DNA of 64,000 bases from Ranitomeya imitator. Taxonomy: Eukaryota. Made by a program: the position numbers and the translations under genes. The notes below the pieces were generated by a model. That model saw only the letters and a program-made list of their open reading frames with translations. It did not search any database and was not told the origin of the DNA. Location of the stretch: positions 619,628,001 through 619,692,000 of the forward strand of contig NC_091284.1 of NCBI RefSeq assembly GCF_032444005.1, written 5' to 3'. Positions 51,095-63,234 of this stretch are shown piece by piece (position 1 is the first letter of the stretch; the number at the start of each line of letters is the position of its first letter).

Positions 51095-53007
51095 AAGACT
51101 CGTTCATGCCCACTATTGGTGCGTTGCTTTGTTGCCTCTTTATGTCTAGGAACGCTTTATATGTTTCTGGTTTTGTTATCATCATTCATCACTTTTATAT
51201 TTTGAACTAGGTCTTCTGTTTAGCAATAACTTGCAGTAGCCTAGGTAGAATTTGGATCTCTATGTGAACAGCACTACTAGGACTCTAATTTAATATAAGC
51301 ACCTTTCGTACTAGTATCACTCCTGCTGGTTCTATATGTGATGTCTTTGTCAACAACACCAGACCGTATGCCCTTGACCTGCATGTCCAAATATATTTTG
51401 ATAATTGGTGCTTCTGCAGTGATTTTGTCTTTTTGTAGTAGTGCCACATTCCATCTGTGGCCCACTTTGAGTTTACATGGAATATGTATATATATATAAT
51501 ATTATTCTGCCCTTGAAAGAGGCTTTAGGTTGCTTTATTAAACCAGCAATTTTACATGTAAATATTTATTTTTGTCATGCTTTCCAGCCATTTTAAGTCT
51601 ACCATTACTTGTTTGTAATGACGTATTTGGTGTTGACATACAGTGAGCATAGGTTTCCACGTGCCCCGGGCAATTTTGCCTGGAGCGTGATGGGAGCCCA
51701 CATTTGCACCCTGATTAAGACTTTTGGGGTTGGACAAAGTGTAACTGGGGAATCCCAGCAATCCCATATAGGGCCAATGCTGGCTGAGTTATAGCATGAC
51801 TTGAGTGTCTATGATATGATATTGCACATAAGGTATGGAGTCTTTAAGTCTTGTAATAGTCCTGATTGGGGCACTGGAAGAGCATGCTTTATACTACGTG
51901 CTCCATTCTAACAAAGTTATGGTTCTACCCGATGTGGCAATGTATGGGGCACTGGCAATGCACATTTTTTACACCTGTTTGCCCCCCTGCACGATGACAC
52001 GCGTGGGGTTGGATGTCTGGGTATGTCCTAAATACTACAGGTGTGGCATCTATGCATCTATGCAGCTACATAACTGCTGCCTAGGTGCAATGGAATGTGA
52101 CAGGTGAAGCCCCTGCACGCAGCTATGATAACTTACTTTGAATGTGCCGAGGCTTATCTAATGAGATATCGTTATCCTATACGAGACTATATGTTGCCTC
52201 ACTGGTATTTGTATATCTGTAGGCTTACGGTGGTTCTGGGCACTTGCAATCCAATGCTCATAAGAGCCTGTAGTGCACCAACATGGGGCACGAAGACGCA
52301 CATCAGCTCAAGTGTCCATGCGCTCATGACAACTCTGCCTGAGACCTGATGATGTGGTATGGGGGGAATGTTGCTGGGCCCCTCTGGCATCTTGATCTAA
52401 ATGTGGCATTTGCTATGTACATTTTTGTGCCACTTTTCTGCTCCCCTGCGCGGTGGCACGCATGGGGTTAAAGGTGTCTGTCGGCACCCTGTATACAAAG
52501 TATGGTGATACACTACAGGCACAGAATTCTTGTTGCTTGGGTGCAAGAACATGTCATGGATGGAGCTCATGTATGCAGCGAGCTCAATTTACTCTGTGGG
52601 GATACAATCTTGTGTGGTATCACAGGCCACCTCATAGTTATGCGCACCACTGTCCTTTTGCTATGTTTTTGTGCATTTAGAACTGAAACATTCATAAGTA
52701 TTTGCAATACTCCACCAGGGGGCGCAGGGATATACCAGCCCAAGCGTCTGTGCTCCCATTGCAACTGTGTTGGAGATCCGATGATGTGGGGTGGGCGGGG
52801 TGTTGCCAGGCACCCTTGACAACCTGGTGTGACGAGACAATACACAGGAGATAAGCCTGTGTGCGCAGGTGCTGGCAGCTCTCCCTGGACGCTGGGGGAG
52901 GCACCTCCATGTTTCCTGACTACATGCTTCTCTGGTAAGCAGCACAGCTGCAGCTATTTCCTAAGTGATTAATTAGTATATTAGGACGCAGTACACTGAC
53001 AGGAGTT

Positions 53008-53048
53008 ACCCCTGACGAAGCCACTGAGTGTGGCGACACGCGTCGGGT
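53008..53048 (+). ncRNA. Type I minimal hammerhead ribozyme-like motif (variant core)
   Basis: Identical to 46941-46981. Confidence 0.75.
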
Positions 53049-54024
53049 CAGCGTACCCCCTGTCTCCACTCCCCAGGTGGTCCTGAGTGTGTCCAGCAGC
53101 CCTTGGCTCTATTTTACATGCTGTGATTGAGCTTTGGTCATCTAGCCCCAGAGGCTTTGGTAACTGTGTGCATGCCTCTTCAGCATGGGAGTCTCTGCAG
53201 CTTTGGCACATTGAGTCTCGTACTTACTCTGCTAATAGATTTATTAGTCTTTGAACCTGATTGTGCCCTCAGCTGGGCTGGTTATCTGCACCTCCATATG
53301 TATCTTTATTCATTTCTATGGCAATTGGGGTTCATGTCTAGATGACTCTTTTTTTTTTTTTTTTTTTATTTATGTGTTTGCACCATGGATACTGCCTTCA
53401 CTATAACATGGTGCATCTAGGCATTGTGGATCTCCTTACAAGTCATTGTGACATATGCTGAATGTGGTAGCTATATGACTATTTGTGTACTTGCCATTTA
53501 GCTCTCTTTTTCAATATATTTTTTGTATGATAAAATAAGGTGCTGTTCACATAGACATCACACTCGGTAATAGTTAGGATTTTCTTTATATTTGTCATCT
53601 ATTGATACTGGGAAGTTGGTTCATACAGGGGGATGGCTCTATTTTGGGCCTAAGTGTACCATGTATAGGTCACATGGATGACCAATGTTTTAAATGTTTT
53701 TAATGTGTGCTCTATGTGGTTTTCTGTGTCCGTTTATACACTTTTGAATAAAATTTGCCTTTTTTTACTTGATCCGTGCCTCCGGTGATCCCCGATTTTT
53801 GGTCTATTTCTTTCTCTTCTCTTTTGAAATGGTTCATATTATATAGACCTGGTTGGATCCCTTGGAATCTGTGGTGCCCCCTCTCTTTCTTATCAAGCCT
53901 TCAGTTTGTATGCGGCTGTCTGTTTTTCTCCCGCATTTTCTGGGCGTGGCACGCTGATAGTCTTCTATAACTGATTGACTTATTTTTTGGATAGATATTG
54001 TATATTATTGTAGCAATTTTTGGC

Positions 54025-54786
54025 ATGGATCTGGCAGCTAGGGAAGCAGCATGGAATAGTCAAATGGGTAATATCTTTGAGGATACCCCCCTCAATGTGG
54101 CCATTAGTGGTAATGAGGATCTGGATTTTCATGGAGTATCTAGTGAATTAATTGGATTGCATAAGTCACTCACCAAAACATGGTGGAACATAAAAACGTT
54201 GGAGGAGTACAGAAAGGTGGGCCTGGTGCCCAGAGGACTTAGAGTCCAAATTTTTCCGGCCTGGGAAGCAGATGCCAACTTCCAAAATACGTGGGAGAAC
54301 GGCTTATTGAAGTGCTCAAATATCCTCATAGAGATGCTTATTGAACATGATCGGGTAATTTTGTCTGCTATTAAAGAGAAAATAAAGACTAGTGAAATTA
54401 AGTTGGAAAAGTTTGACAAAAAAACCTTAGTTGAGCCATTTCAGGGCCAGCTGAAGGATATAATTGATAAATTTGAAAAAGACATTATAGGGGGTAAGAA
54501 GCAAAAATTTAAAAGAGATCAGTTGGATTTTAAAAATGGGCGAGCATATAGATGGACACATAAGGGCAACAAGAGAGGTACGAACCTCAATGTGCCAATG
54601 GATAAAAGTATAGCGAACCTTCATGAACTTACATCAAGCGATTTTTTATCGTCCGAACAAAGCGAGGCCGAAGGCATAACCGGAGGGGCCGAAGGAGGAG
54701 ACACGGCCAAAAGAAAACGGAACAAGAACTACAGGGTCTGGTCCCCCAAATACAGACGGGAGACACGACAGAACAGGAAACGATAG
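54025..54786 (+). CDS. PLE ORF1 (253 aa from ATG)
   Basis: As unit 1 with an in-frame extra Ile (KDIIGG). Confidence 0.75.
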   Translation: MDLAAREAAWNSQMGNIFEDTPLNVAISGNEDLDFHGVSSELIGLHKSLTKTWWNIKTLEEYRKVGLVPRGLRVQIFPAWEADANFQNTWENGLLKCSNILIEMLIEHDRVILSAIKEKIKTSEIKLEKFDKKTLVEPFQGQLKDIIDKFEKDIIGGKKQKFKRDQLDFKNGRAYRWTHKGNKRGTNLNVPMDKSIANLHELTSSDFLSSEQSEAEGITGGAEGGDTAKRKRNKNYRVWSPKYRRETRQNRKR

Positions 54787-54788
54787 AT

Positions 54789-57164
54789 GTGCCCACAATG
54801 CCGGCTGGTCCAGTACAATCTGGTAAGCTCTCCATTATTAATTTGTCCTCCTATATTTTGTCTGATGTAGAGATCTCGGTATTGGAGAGGGGACTCTCCT
54901 TTTGCCCTACCAACATTATGGACAAATTTACTGTCATAAAGGATGTCTATCTCTTCTGCAGACAGTTGGCGTTCAAACTGCTATATCATCAACCATCCAT
55001 TTTGGATGATTTACCCATGGGAGAGCGACAAGTTTTTAGGGACCTCTTGGACCTATTGGAGGAAAATGAAGGAGGACATCAAAAGAAGAAAAAGTTCCCT
55101 GGTAGGTTACCTTCACAGGCTACACCTTCCTTGTCTTTTTTTCCAGCCATCCAGAGCTTTTTTAATGCAGTATGTGATGAGATACAGGGCCTAAAACCAG
55201 ACCCTAATAAAGGGAGAAATCTTAATAAGGCCGAAGAAAAAGCTATTGCGAAACTTGGTTCAAATCGAGACTTTGTCATCCGCGAGGCTGATAAAGGTGG
55301 TAACTTGGTTTTATGGCCTATTGAATTGTATCTGGATGAAGCTAGACGCCAACTGTCAGATTCCGATTGTTATCAGGTCCTTCCTTCGGACCCCTCTGAT
55401 GTATTTAAAGCCAAATTGGATCGCCTTCTGGATTCGGCATTCACCATGAGTATTATAAACAAGCGCGAGAGAGATTTTATGACTAATCACCATCCGAGAG
55501 TACCAACCTTCTATCTACTTCCAAAGGTCCATAAATCCGTACAGACACCACCAGGTAGACCTATTGTGTCCGGGATAGGGGGACTTTTGGAGCGTCCTTG
55601 TACTTACATTGATTTTTTCTTACAGCCTCTTGTTGCCTCCTTGGACTCCTTCGTTAGGGATTCCACTTTTTTGATCCAACAGCTACAGGACCTGAGTGTT
55701 CCACCTGATGTGTACCTCGTCACACTGGACGTTGAGTCCCTATATACTTGCATACGGCATGATCTGGGGATTCAGGCGGTTGCCTTCTTTTTGGACCAGA
55801 ACACAACAGGTGACAGGTTACATGATTCCTTTTTGCTTGATCTACTGTCATTTGTACTCGATAAAAACTATTTTGTGTTCGACCGGGTTTTCTATAGGCA
55901 AGCCAGAGGTACTGCGATGGGCGCACGTTGTGCGCCCTCGTACGCAAACCTCTTTTTGGGGTGGTGGGAGTCAACCAGGGTGTACTGTCTGGAGGCTTTT
56001 TCCATGCATGTCATCAAATGGTATCGTTATATTGATGATATCTTGTTTCTCTGGACAGGCACCCTGGAAGAATGTCATCAATTCATTATGACTCTGAACC
56101 AAAACCCCTGGAATATACGGCTGACCTCACACCTGTCACAGAGAGAAGTGGAATTCTTGGATCTCAAGCTTTACCCTAAGGATGGGTGCGTGTATACCAC
56201 TCTGTATCGTAAACCGACGGCTACCAATAGCCTTTTACAATTTTCAAGTTTTCACCCACAGCATCTAAGAAAAGGGATTCCAAAAGGGCAATTTTATCGT
56301 ATAAAACGAAATTGCAGTACCCAAGAAGATTTTCGGATGCACTCACAGGATCTTACCCACCGGTTCAAGGATAGAGGCTATCCAAAAAAGGTAATTGCAC
56401 GTGCCTACACTGCAGCGAGAGATGCGGGCAGAGGGGATTTATTGCAGCCCCGTGTGAAGGGACCTTCTAAACCTCTGGGTGTTATTACAACTTATAATAA
56501 CCAGTGGCGGGAGGTTCGAGAGATACTCACTAAATATTGGGGGATTTTACGTAGCGAACCCAAACTTAAATCACACATCTCCACACAGCCAACCTTGATA
56601 GCCAGAAGACCAAAAAACCTTAAGGACTCTCTGAGCCATAGCCACTTTAAACGCCCAACAACTCGGCTAAACAGAGGGACTAAACTCGTTGGGACATTTC
56701 CATGTGGCAGCTGCAACATTTGCCCATTTATCAACAATGATGTGACTCTCATTCCATCCCCTTCTTCATTTCAGGTGGTGACAAAAACCTACTTCAACTG
56801 TAAAACTCGGAATCTGATTTATGCTCTTATCTGTCCGTGTCCAAAAACGTATGTTGGTCAGACGACTCAAGTACTGAAAAAGAGAATACAGCAGCACTTC
56901 TCAAGCATCACCACAGCAAAGAAAGACTTGGAAAGGGGGAAAACCTTGTCCTCGGTGGCCTCGCATTATTTATCTGTACACAACTCCCAACATAGGGGAA
57001 CACGAATTATGGGCCTGGAGTTGGTCCAATCAGACATCAGAGGGGGAGACATCACGTTGGAATTGCTAAGACGCGAGTCCAAATGGATCTTCAATTTGAA
57101 CTGTAAAGCTCCGTTTGGCCTTAATGAGGACCTTTTATTTACAGGGTTCTATAAGCAATCCTGA
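54789..57164 (+). CDS. PLE reverse transcriptase + GIY-YIG endonuclease (791 aa)
   Basis: Same protein as 48719-51094. Confidence 0.97.
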   Translation: MPTMPAGPVQSGKLSIINLSSYILSDVEISVLERGLSFCPTNIMDKFTVIKDVYLFCRQLAFKLLYHQPSILDDLPMGERQVFRDLLDLLEENEGGHQKKKKFPGRLPSQATPSLSFFPAIQSFFNAVCDEIQGLKPDPNKGRNLNKAEEKAIAKLGSNRDFVIREADKGGNLVLWPIELYLDEARRQLSDSDCYQVLPSDPSDVFKAKLDRLLDSAFTMSIINKRERDFMTNHHPRVPTFYLLPKVHKSVQTPPGRPIVSGIGGLLERPCTYIDFFLQPLVASLDSFVRDSTFLIQQLQDLSVPPDVYLVTLDVESLYTCIRHDLGIQAVAFFLDQNTTGDRLHDSFLLDLLSFVLDKNYFVFDRVFYRQARGTAMGARCAPSYANLFLGWWESTRVYCLEAFSMHVIKWYRYIDDILFLWTGTLEECHQFIMTLNQNPWNIRLTSHLSQREVEFLDLKLYPKDGCVYTTLYRKPTATNSLLQFSSFHPQHLRKGIPKGQFYRIKRNCSTQEDFRMHSQDLTHRFKDRGYPKKVIARAYTAARDAGRGDLLQPRVKGPSKPLGVITTYNNQWREVREILTKYWGILRSEPKLKSHISTQPTLIARRPKNLKDSLSHSHFKRPTTRLNRGTKLVGTFPCGSCNICPFINNDVTLIPSPSSFQVVTKTYFNCKTRNLIYALICPCPKTYVGQTTQVLKKRIQQHFSSITTAKKDLERGKTLSSVASHYLSVHNSQHRGTRIMGLELVQSDIRGGDITLELLRRESKWIFNLNCKAPFGLNEDLLFTGFYKQS

Positions 57165-59077
57165 AAGACTCGTTCATGCCCACTATTGGTGCGTTGCTTT
57201 GTTGCCTCTTTATGTCTAGGAACGCTTTATATGTTTCTGGTTTTGTTATCATCATTCATCACTTTTATATTTTGAACTAGGTCTTCTGTTTAGCAATAAC
57301 TTGCAGTAGCCTAGGTAGAATTTGGATCTCTATGTGAACAGCACTACTAGGACTCTAATTTAATATAAGCACCTTTCGTACTAGTATCACTCCTGCTGGT
57401 TCTATATGTGATGTCTTTGTCAACAACACCAGACCGTATGCCCTTGACCTGCATGTCCAAATATATTTTGATAATTGGTGCTTCTGCAGTGATTTTGTCT
57501 TTTTGTAGTAGTGCCACATTCCATCTGTGGCCCACTTTGAGTTTACATGGAATATGTATATATATATAATATTATTCTGCCCTTGAAAGAGGCTTTAGGT
57601 TGCTTTATTAAACCAGCAATTTTACATGTAAATATTTATTTTTGTCATGCTTTCCAGCCATTTTAAGTCTACCATTACTTGTTTGTAATGACGTATTTGG
57701 TGTTGACATACAGTGAGCATAGGTTTCCACGTGCCCCGGGCAATTTTGCCTGGAGCGTGATGGGAGCCCACATTTGCACCCTGATTAAGACTTTTGGGGT
57801 TGGACAAAGTGTAACTGGGGAATCCCAGCAATCCCATATAGGGCCAATGCTGGCTGAGTTATAGCATGACTTGAGTGTCTATGATATGATATTGCACATA
57901 AGGTATGGAGTCTTTAAGTCTTGTAATAGTCCTGATTGGGGCACTGGAAGAGCATGCTTTATACTACGTGCTCCATTCTAACAAAGTTATGGTTCTACCC
58001 GATGTGGCAATGTATGGGGCACTGGCAATGCACATTTTTTACACCTGTTTGCCCCCCTGCACGATGACACGCGTGGGGTTGGATGTCTGGGTATGTCCTA
58101 AATACTACAGGTGTGGCATCTATGCATCTATGCAGCTACATAACTGCTGCCTAGGTGCAATGGAATGTGACAGGTGAAGCCCCTGCACGCAGCTATGATA
58201 ACTTACTTTGAATGTGCCGAGGCTTATCTAATGAGATATCGTTATCCTATACGAGACTATATGTTGCCTCACTGGTATTTGTATATCTGTAGGCTTACGG
58301 TGGTTCTGGGCACTTGCAATCCAATGCTCATAAGAGCCTGTAGTGCACCAACATGGGGCACGAAGACGCACATCAGCTCAAGTGTCCATGCGCTCATGAC
58401 AACTCTGCCTGAGACCTGATGATGTGGTATGGGGGGAATGTTGCTGGGCCCCTCTGGCATCTTGATCTAAATGTGGCATTTGCTATGTACATTTTTGTGC
58501 CACTTTTCTGCTCCCCTGCGCGGTGGCACGCATGGGGTTAAAGGTGTCTGTCGGCACCCTGTATACAAAGTATGGTGATACACTACAGGCACAGAATTCT
58601 TGTTGCTTGGGTGCAAGAACATGTCATGGATGGAGCTCATGTATGCAGCGAGCTCAATTTACTCTGTGGGGATACAATCTTGTGTGGTATCACAGGCCAC
58701 CTCATAGTTATGCGCACCACTGTCCTTTTGCTATGTTTTTGTGCATTTAGAACTGAAACATTCATAAGTATTTGCAATACTCCACCAGGGGGCGCAGGGA
58801 TATACCAGCCCAAGCGTCTGTGCTCCCATTGCAACTGTGTTGGAGATCCGATGATGTGGGGTGGGCGGGGTGTTGCCAGGCACCCTTGACAACCTGGTGT
58901 GACGAGACAATACACAGGAGATAAGCCTGTGTGCGCAGGTGCTGGCAGCTCTCCCTGGACGCTGGGGGAGGCACCTCCATGTTTCCTGACTACATGCTTC
59001 TCTGGTAAGCAGCACAGCTGCAGCTATTTCCTAAGTGATTAATTAGTATATTAGGACGCAGTACACTGACAGGAGTT

Positions 59078-59118
59078 ACCCCTGACGAAGCCACTGAGTG
59101 TGGCGACACGCGTCGGGT
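59078..59118 (+). ncRNA. Type I minimal hammerhead ribozyme-like motif (variant core)
   Basis: Identical to 46941-46981. Confidence 0.75.
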
Positions 59119-60094
59119 CAGCGTACCCCCTGTCTCCACTCCCCAGGTGGTCCTGAGTGTGTCCAGCAGCCCTTGGCTCTATTTTACATGCTGTGATTGA
59201 GCTTTGGTCATCTAGCCCCAGAGGCTTTGGTAACTGTGTGCATGCCTCTTCAGCATGGGAGTCTCTGCAGCTTTGGCACATTGAGTCTCGTACTTACTCT
59301 GCTAATAGATTTATTAGTCTTTGAACCTGATTGTGCCCTCAGCTGGGCTGGTTATCTGCACCTCCATATGTATCTTTATTCATTTCTATGGCAATTGGGG
59401 TTCATGTCTAGATGACTCTTTTTTTTTTTTTTTTTTTATTTATGTGTTTGCACCATGGATACGGCCTTCACTATAACATGGTGCATCTAGGCATTGTGGA
59501 TCTCCTTACAAGTCATTGTGACATATGCTGAATGTGGTAGCTATATGACTATTTGTGTACTTGCCATTTAGCTCTCTTTTTCAATATATTTTTTGTATGA
59601 TAAAATAAGGTGCTGTTCACATAGACATCACACTCGGTAATAGTTAGGATTTTCTTTATATTTGTCATCTATTGATACTGGGAAGTTGGTTCATACAGGG
59701 GGATGGCTCTATTTTGGGCCTAAGTGTACCATGTATAGGTCACATGGATGACCAATGTTTTAAATGTTTTTAATGTGTGCTCTATGTGGTTTTCTGTGTC
59801 CGTTTATACACTTTTGAATAAAATTTGCCTTTTTTTACTTGATCCGTGCCTCCGGTGATCCCCGATTTTTGGTCTATTTCTTTCTCTTCTCTTTTGAAAT
59901 GGTTCATATTATATAGACCTGGTTGGATCCCTTGGAATCTGTGGTGCCCCCTCTCTTTCTTATCAAGCCTTCAGTTTGTATGCGGCTGTCTGTTTTTCTC
60001 CCGCATTTTCTGGGCGTGGCACGCTGATAGTCTTCTATAACTGATTGACTTATTTTTTGGATAGATATTGTATATTATTGTAGCAATTTTTGGC

Positions 60095-60856
60095 ATGGAT
60101 CTGGCAGCTAGGGAAGCAGCATGGAATAGTCAAATGGGTAATATCTTTGAGGATACCCCCCTCAATGTGGCCATTAGTGGTAATGAGGATCTGGATTTTC
60201 ATGGAGTATCTAGTGAATTAATTGGATTGCATAAGTCACTCACCAAAACATGGTGGAACATAAAAACGTTGGAGGAGTACAGAAAGGTGGGCCTGGTGCC
60301 CAGAGGACTTAGAGTCCAAATTTTTCCGGCCTGGGAAGCAGATGCCAACTTCCAAAATACGTGGGAGAACGGCTTATTGAAGTGCTCAAATATCCTCATA
60401 GAGATGCTTATTGAACATGATCGGGTAATTTTGTCTGCTATTAAAGAGAAAATAAAGACTAGTGAAATTAAGTTGGAAAAGTTTGACAAAAAAACCTTAG
60501 TTGAGCCATTTCAGGGCCAGCTGAAGGATATAATTGATAAATTTGAAAAAGACATTATAGGGGGTAAGAAGCAAAAATTTAAAAGAGATCAGTTGGATTT
60601 TAAAAATGGGCGAGCATATAGATGGACACATAAGGGCAACAAGAGAGGTACGAACCTCAATGTGCCAATGGATAAAAGTATAGCGAACCTTCATGAACTT
60701 ACATCAAGCGATTTTTTATCGTCCGAACAAAGCGAGGCCGAAGGCATAACCGGAGGGGCCGAAGGAGGAGACACGGCCAAAAGAAAACGGAACAAGAACT
60801 ACAGGGTCTGGTCCCCCAAATACAGACGGGAGACACGACAGAACAGGAAACGATAG
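60095..60856 (+). CDS. PLE ORF1 (253 aa from ATG)
   Basis: Same as unit 2. Confidence 0.75.
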   Translation: MDLAAREAAWNSQMGNIFEDTPLNVAISGNEDLDFHGVSSELIGLHKSLTKTWWNIKTLEEYRKVGLVPRGLRVQIFPAWEADANFQNTWENGLLKCSNILIEMLIEHDRVILSAIKEKIKTSEIKLEKFDKKTLVEPFQGQLKDIIDKFEKDIIGGKKQKFKRDQLDFKNGRAYRWTHKGNKRGTNLNVPMDKSIANLHELTSSDFLSSEQSEAEGITGGAEGGDTAKRKRNKNYRVWSPKYRRETRQNRKR

Positions 60857-60858
60857 AT

Positions 60859-63234
60859 GTGCCCACAATGCCGGCTGGTCCAGTACAATCTGGTAAGCTC
60901 TCCATTATTAATTTGTCCTCCTATATTTTGTCTGATGTAGAGATCTCGGTATTGGAGAGGGGACTCTCCTTTTGCCCTACCAACATTATGGACAAATTTA
61001 CTGTCATAAAGGATGTCTATCTCTTCTGCAGACAGTTGGCGTTCAAACTGCTATATCATCAACCATCCATTTTGGATGATTTACCCATGGGAGAGCGACA
61101 AGTTTTTAGGGACCTCTTGGACCTATTGGAGGAAAATGAAGGAGGACATCAAAAGAAGAAAAAGTTCCCTGGTAGGTTACCTTCACAGGCTACACCTTCC
61201 TTGTCTTTTTTTCCAGCCATCCAGAGCTTTTTTAATGCAGTATGTGATGAGATACAGGGCCTAAAACCAGACCCTAATAAAGGGAGAAATCTTAATAAGG
61301 CCGAAGAAAAAGCTATTGCGAAACTTGGTTCAAATCGAGACTTTGTCATCCGCGAGGCTGATAAAGGTGGTAACTTGGTTTTATGGCCTATTGAATTGTA
61401 TCTGGATGAAGCTAGACGCCAACTGTCAGATTCCGATTGTTATCAGGTCCTTCCTTCGGACCCCTCTGATGTATTTAAAGCCAAATTGGATCGCCTTCTG
61501 GATTCGGCATTCACCATGAGTATTATAAACAAGCGCGAGAGAGATTTTATGACTAATCACCATCCGAGAGTACCAACCTTCTATCTACTTCCAAAGGTCC
61601 ATAAATCCGTACAGACACCACCAGGTAGACCTATTGTGTCCGGGATAGGGGGACTTTTGGAGCGTCCTTGTACTTACATTGATTTTTTCTTACAGCCTCT
61701 TGTTGCCTCCTTGGACTCCTTCGTTAGGGATTCCACTTTTTTGATCCAACAGCTACAGGACCTGAGTGTTCCACCTGATGTGTACCTCGTCACACTGGAC
61801 GTTGAGTCCCTATATACTTGCATACGGCATGATCTGGGGATTCAGGCGGTTGCCTTCTTTTTGGACCAGAACACAACAGGTGACAGGTTACATGATTCCT
61901 TTTTGCTTGATCTACTGTCATTTGTACTCGATAAAAACTATTTTGTGTTCGACCGGGTTTTCTATAGGCAAGCCAGAGGTACTGCGATGGGCGCACGTTG
62001 TGCGCCCTCGTACGCAAACCTCTTTTTGGGGTGGTGGGAGTCAACCAGGGTGTACTGTCTGGAGGCTTTTTCCATGCATGTCATCAAATGGTATCGTTAT
62101 ATTGATGATATCTTGTTTCTCTGGACAGGCACCCTGGAAGAATGTCATCAATTCATTATGACTCTGAACCAAAACCCCTGGAATATACGGCTGACCTCAC
62201 ACCTGTCACAGAGAGAAGTGGAATTCTTGGATCTCAAGCTTTACCCTAAGGATGGGTGCGTGTATACCACTCTGTATCGTAAACCGACGGCTACCAATAG
62301 CCTTTTACAATTTTCAAGTTTTCACCCACAGCATCTAAGAAAAGGGATTCCAAAAGGGCAATTTTATCGTATAAAACGAAATTGCAGTACCCAAGAAGAT
62401 TTTCGGATGCACTCACAGGATCTTACCCACCGGTTCAAGGATAGAGGCTATCCAAAAAAGGTAATTGCACGTGCCTACACTGCAGCGAGAGATGCGGGCA
62501 GAGGGGATTTATTGCAGCCCCGTGTGAAGGGACCTTCTAAACCTCTGGGTGTTATTACAACTTATAATAACCAGTGGCGGGAGGTTCGAGAGATACTCAC
62601 TAAATATTGGGGGATTTTACGTAGCGAACCCAAACTTAAATCACACATCTCCACACAGCCAACCTTGATAGCCAGAAGACCAAAAAACCTTAAGGACTCT
62701 CTGAGCCATAGCCACTTTAAACGCCCAACAACTCGGCTAAACAGAGGGACTAAACTCGTTGGGACATTTCCATGTGGCAGCTGCAACATTTGCCCATTTA
62801 TCAACAATGATGTGACTCTCATTCCATCCCCTTCTTCATTTCAGGTGGTGACAAAAACCTACTTCAACTGTAAAACTCGGAATCTGATTTATGCTCTTAT
62901 CTGTCCGTGTCCAAAAACGTATGTTGGTCAGACGACTCAAGTACTGAAAAAGAGAATACAGCAGCACTTCTCAAGCATCACCACAGCAAAGAAAGACTTG
63001 GAAAGGGGGAAAACCTTGTCCTCGGTGGCCTCGCATTATTTATCTGTACACAACTCCCAACATAGGGGAACACGAATTATGGGCCTGGAGTTGGTCCAAT
63101 CAGACATCAGAGGGGGAGACATCACGTTGGAATTGCTAAGACGCGAGTCCAAATGGATCTTCAATTTGAACTGTAAAGCTCCGTTTGGCCTTAATGAGGA
63201 CCTTTTATTTACAGGGTTCTATAAGCAATCCTGA
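60859..63234 (+). CDS. PLE reverse transcriptase + GIY-YIG endonuclease (791 aa)
   Basis: Same protein as 48719-51094. Confidence 0.97.
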   Translation: MPTMPAGPVQSGKLSIINLSSYILSDVEISVLERGLSFCPTNIMDKFTVIKDVYLFCRQLAFKLLYHQPSILDDLPMGERQVFRDLLDLLEENEGGHQKKKKFPGRLPSQATPSLSFFPAIQSFFNAVCDEIQGLKPDPNKGRNLNKAEEKAIAKLGSNRDFVIREADKGGNLVLWPIELYLDEARRQLSDSDCYQVLPSDPSDVFKAKLDRLLDSAFTMSIINKRERDFMTNHHPRVPTFYLLPKVHKSVQTPPGRPIVSGIGGLLERPCTYIDFFLQPLVASLDSFVRDSTFLIQQLQDLSVPPDVYLVTLDVESLYTCIRHDLGIQAVAFFLDQNTTGDRLHDSFLLDLLSFVLDKNYFVFDRVFYRQARGTAMGARCAPSYANLFLGWWESTRVYCLEAFSMHVIKWYRYIDDILFLWTGTLEECHQFIMTLNQNPWNIRLTSHLSQREVEFLDLKLYPKDGCVYTTLYRKPTATNSLLQFSSFHPQHLRKGIPKGQFYRIKRNCSTQEDFRMHSQDLTHRFKDRGYPKKVIARAYTAARDAGRGDLLQPRVKGPSKPLGVITTYNNQWREVREILTKYWGILRSEPKLKSHISTQPTLIARRPKNLKDSLSHSHFKRPTTRLNRGTKLVGTFPCGSCNICPFINNDVTLIPSPSSFQVVTKTYFNCKTRNLIYALICPCPKTYVGQTTQVLKKRIQQHFSSITTAKKDLERGKTLSSVASHYLSVHNSQHRGTRIMGLELVQSDIRGGDITLELLRRESKWIFNLNCKAPFGLNEDLLFTGFYKQS

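Larger units (their letters stand above)
47829..53895 (+). mobile_element. Penelope-like retroelement (Neptune-like), complete tandem unit 1 (6067 bp)
   Basis: ORF1 + RT/GIY-YIG ORF + long non-coding region with hammerhead; boundary set by the end of the inverted copy; clade inferred from the Cys-rich RT-EN linker (CGSCNIC). Confidence 0.92.
53896..59965 (+). mobile_element. Penelope-like retroelement, complete tandem unit 2 (6070 bp)
   Basis: Near-identical to unit 1; +3 nt in ORF1. Confidence 0.92.

Noticed and set aside
51277-53970. Short ORFs (60-105 aa) repeated in every PLE unit
   Set aside because: They recur only because the units are near-identical; no motifs
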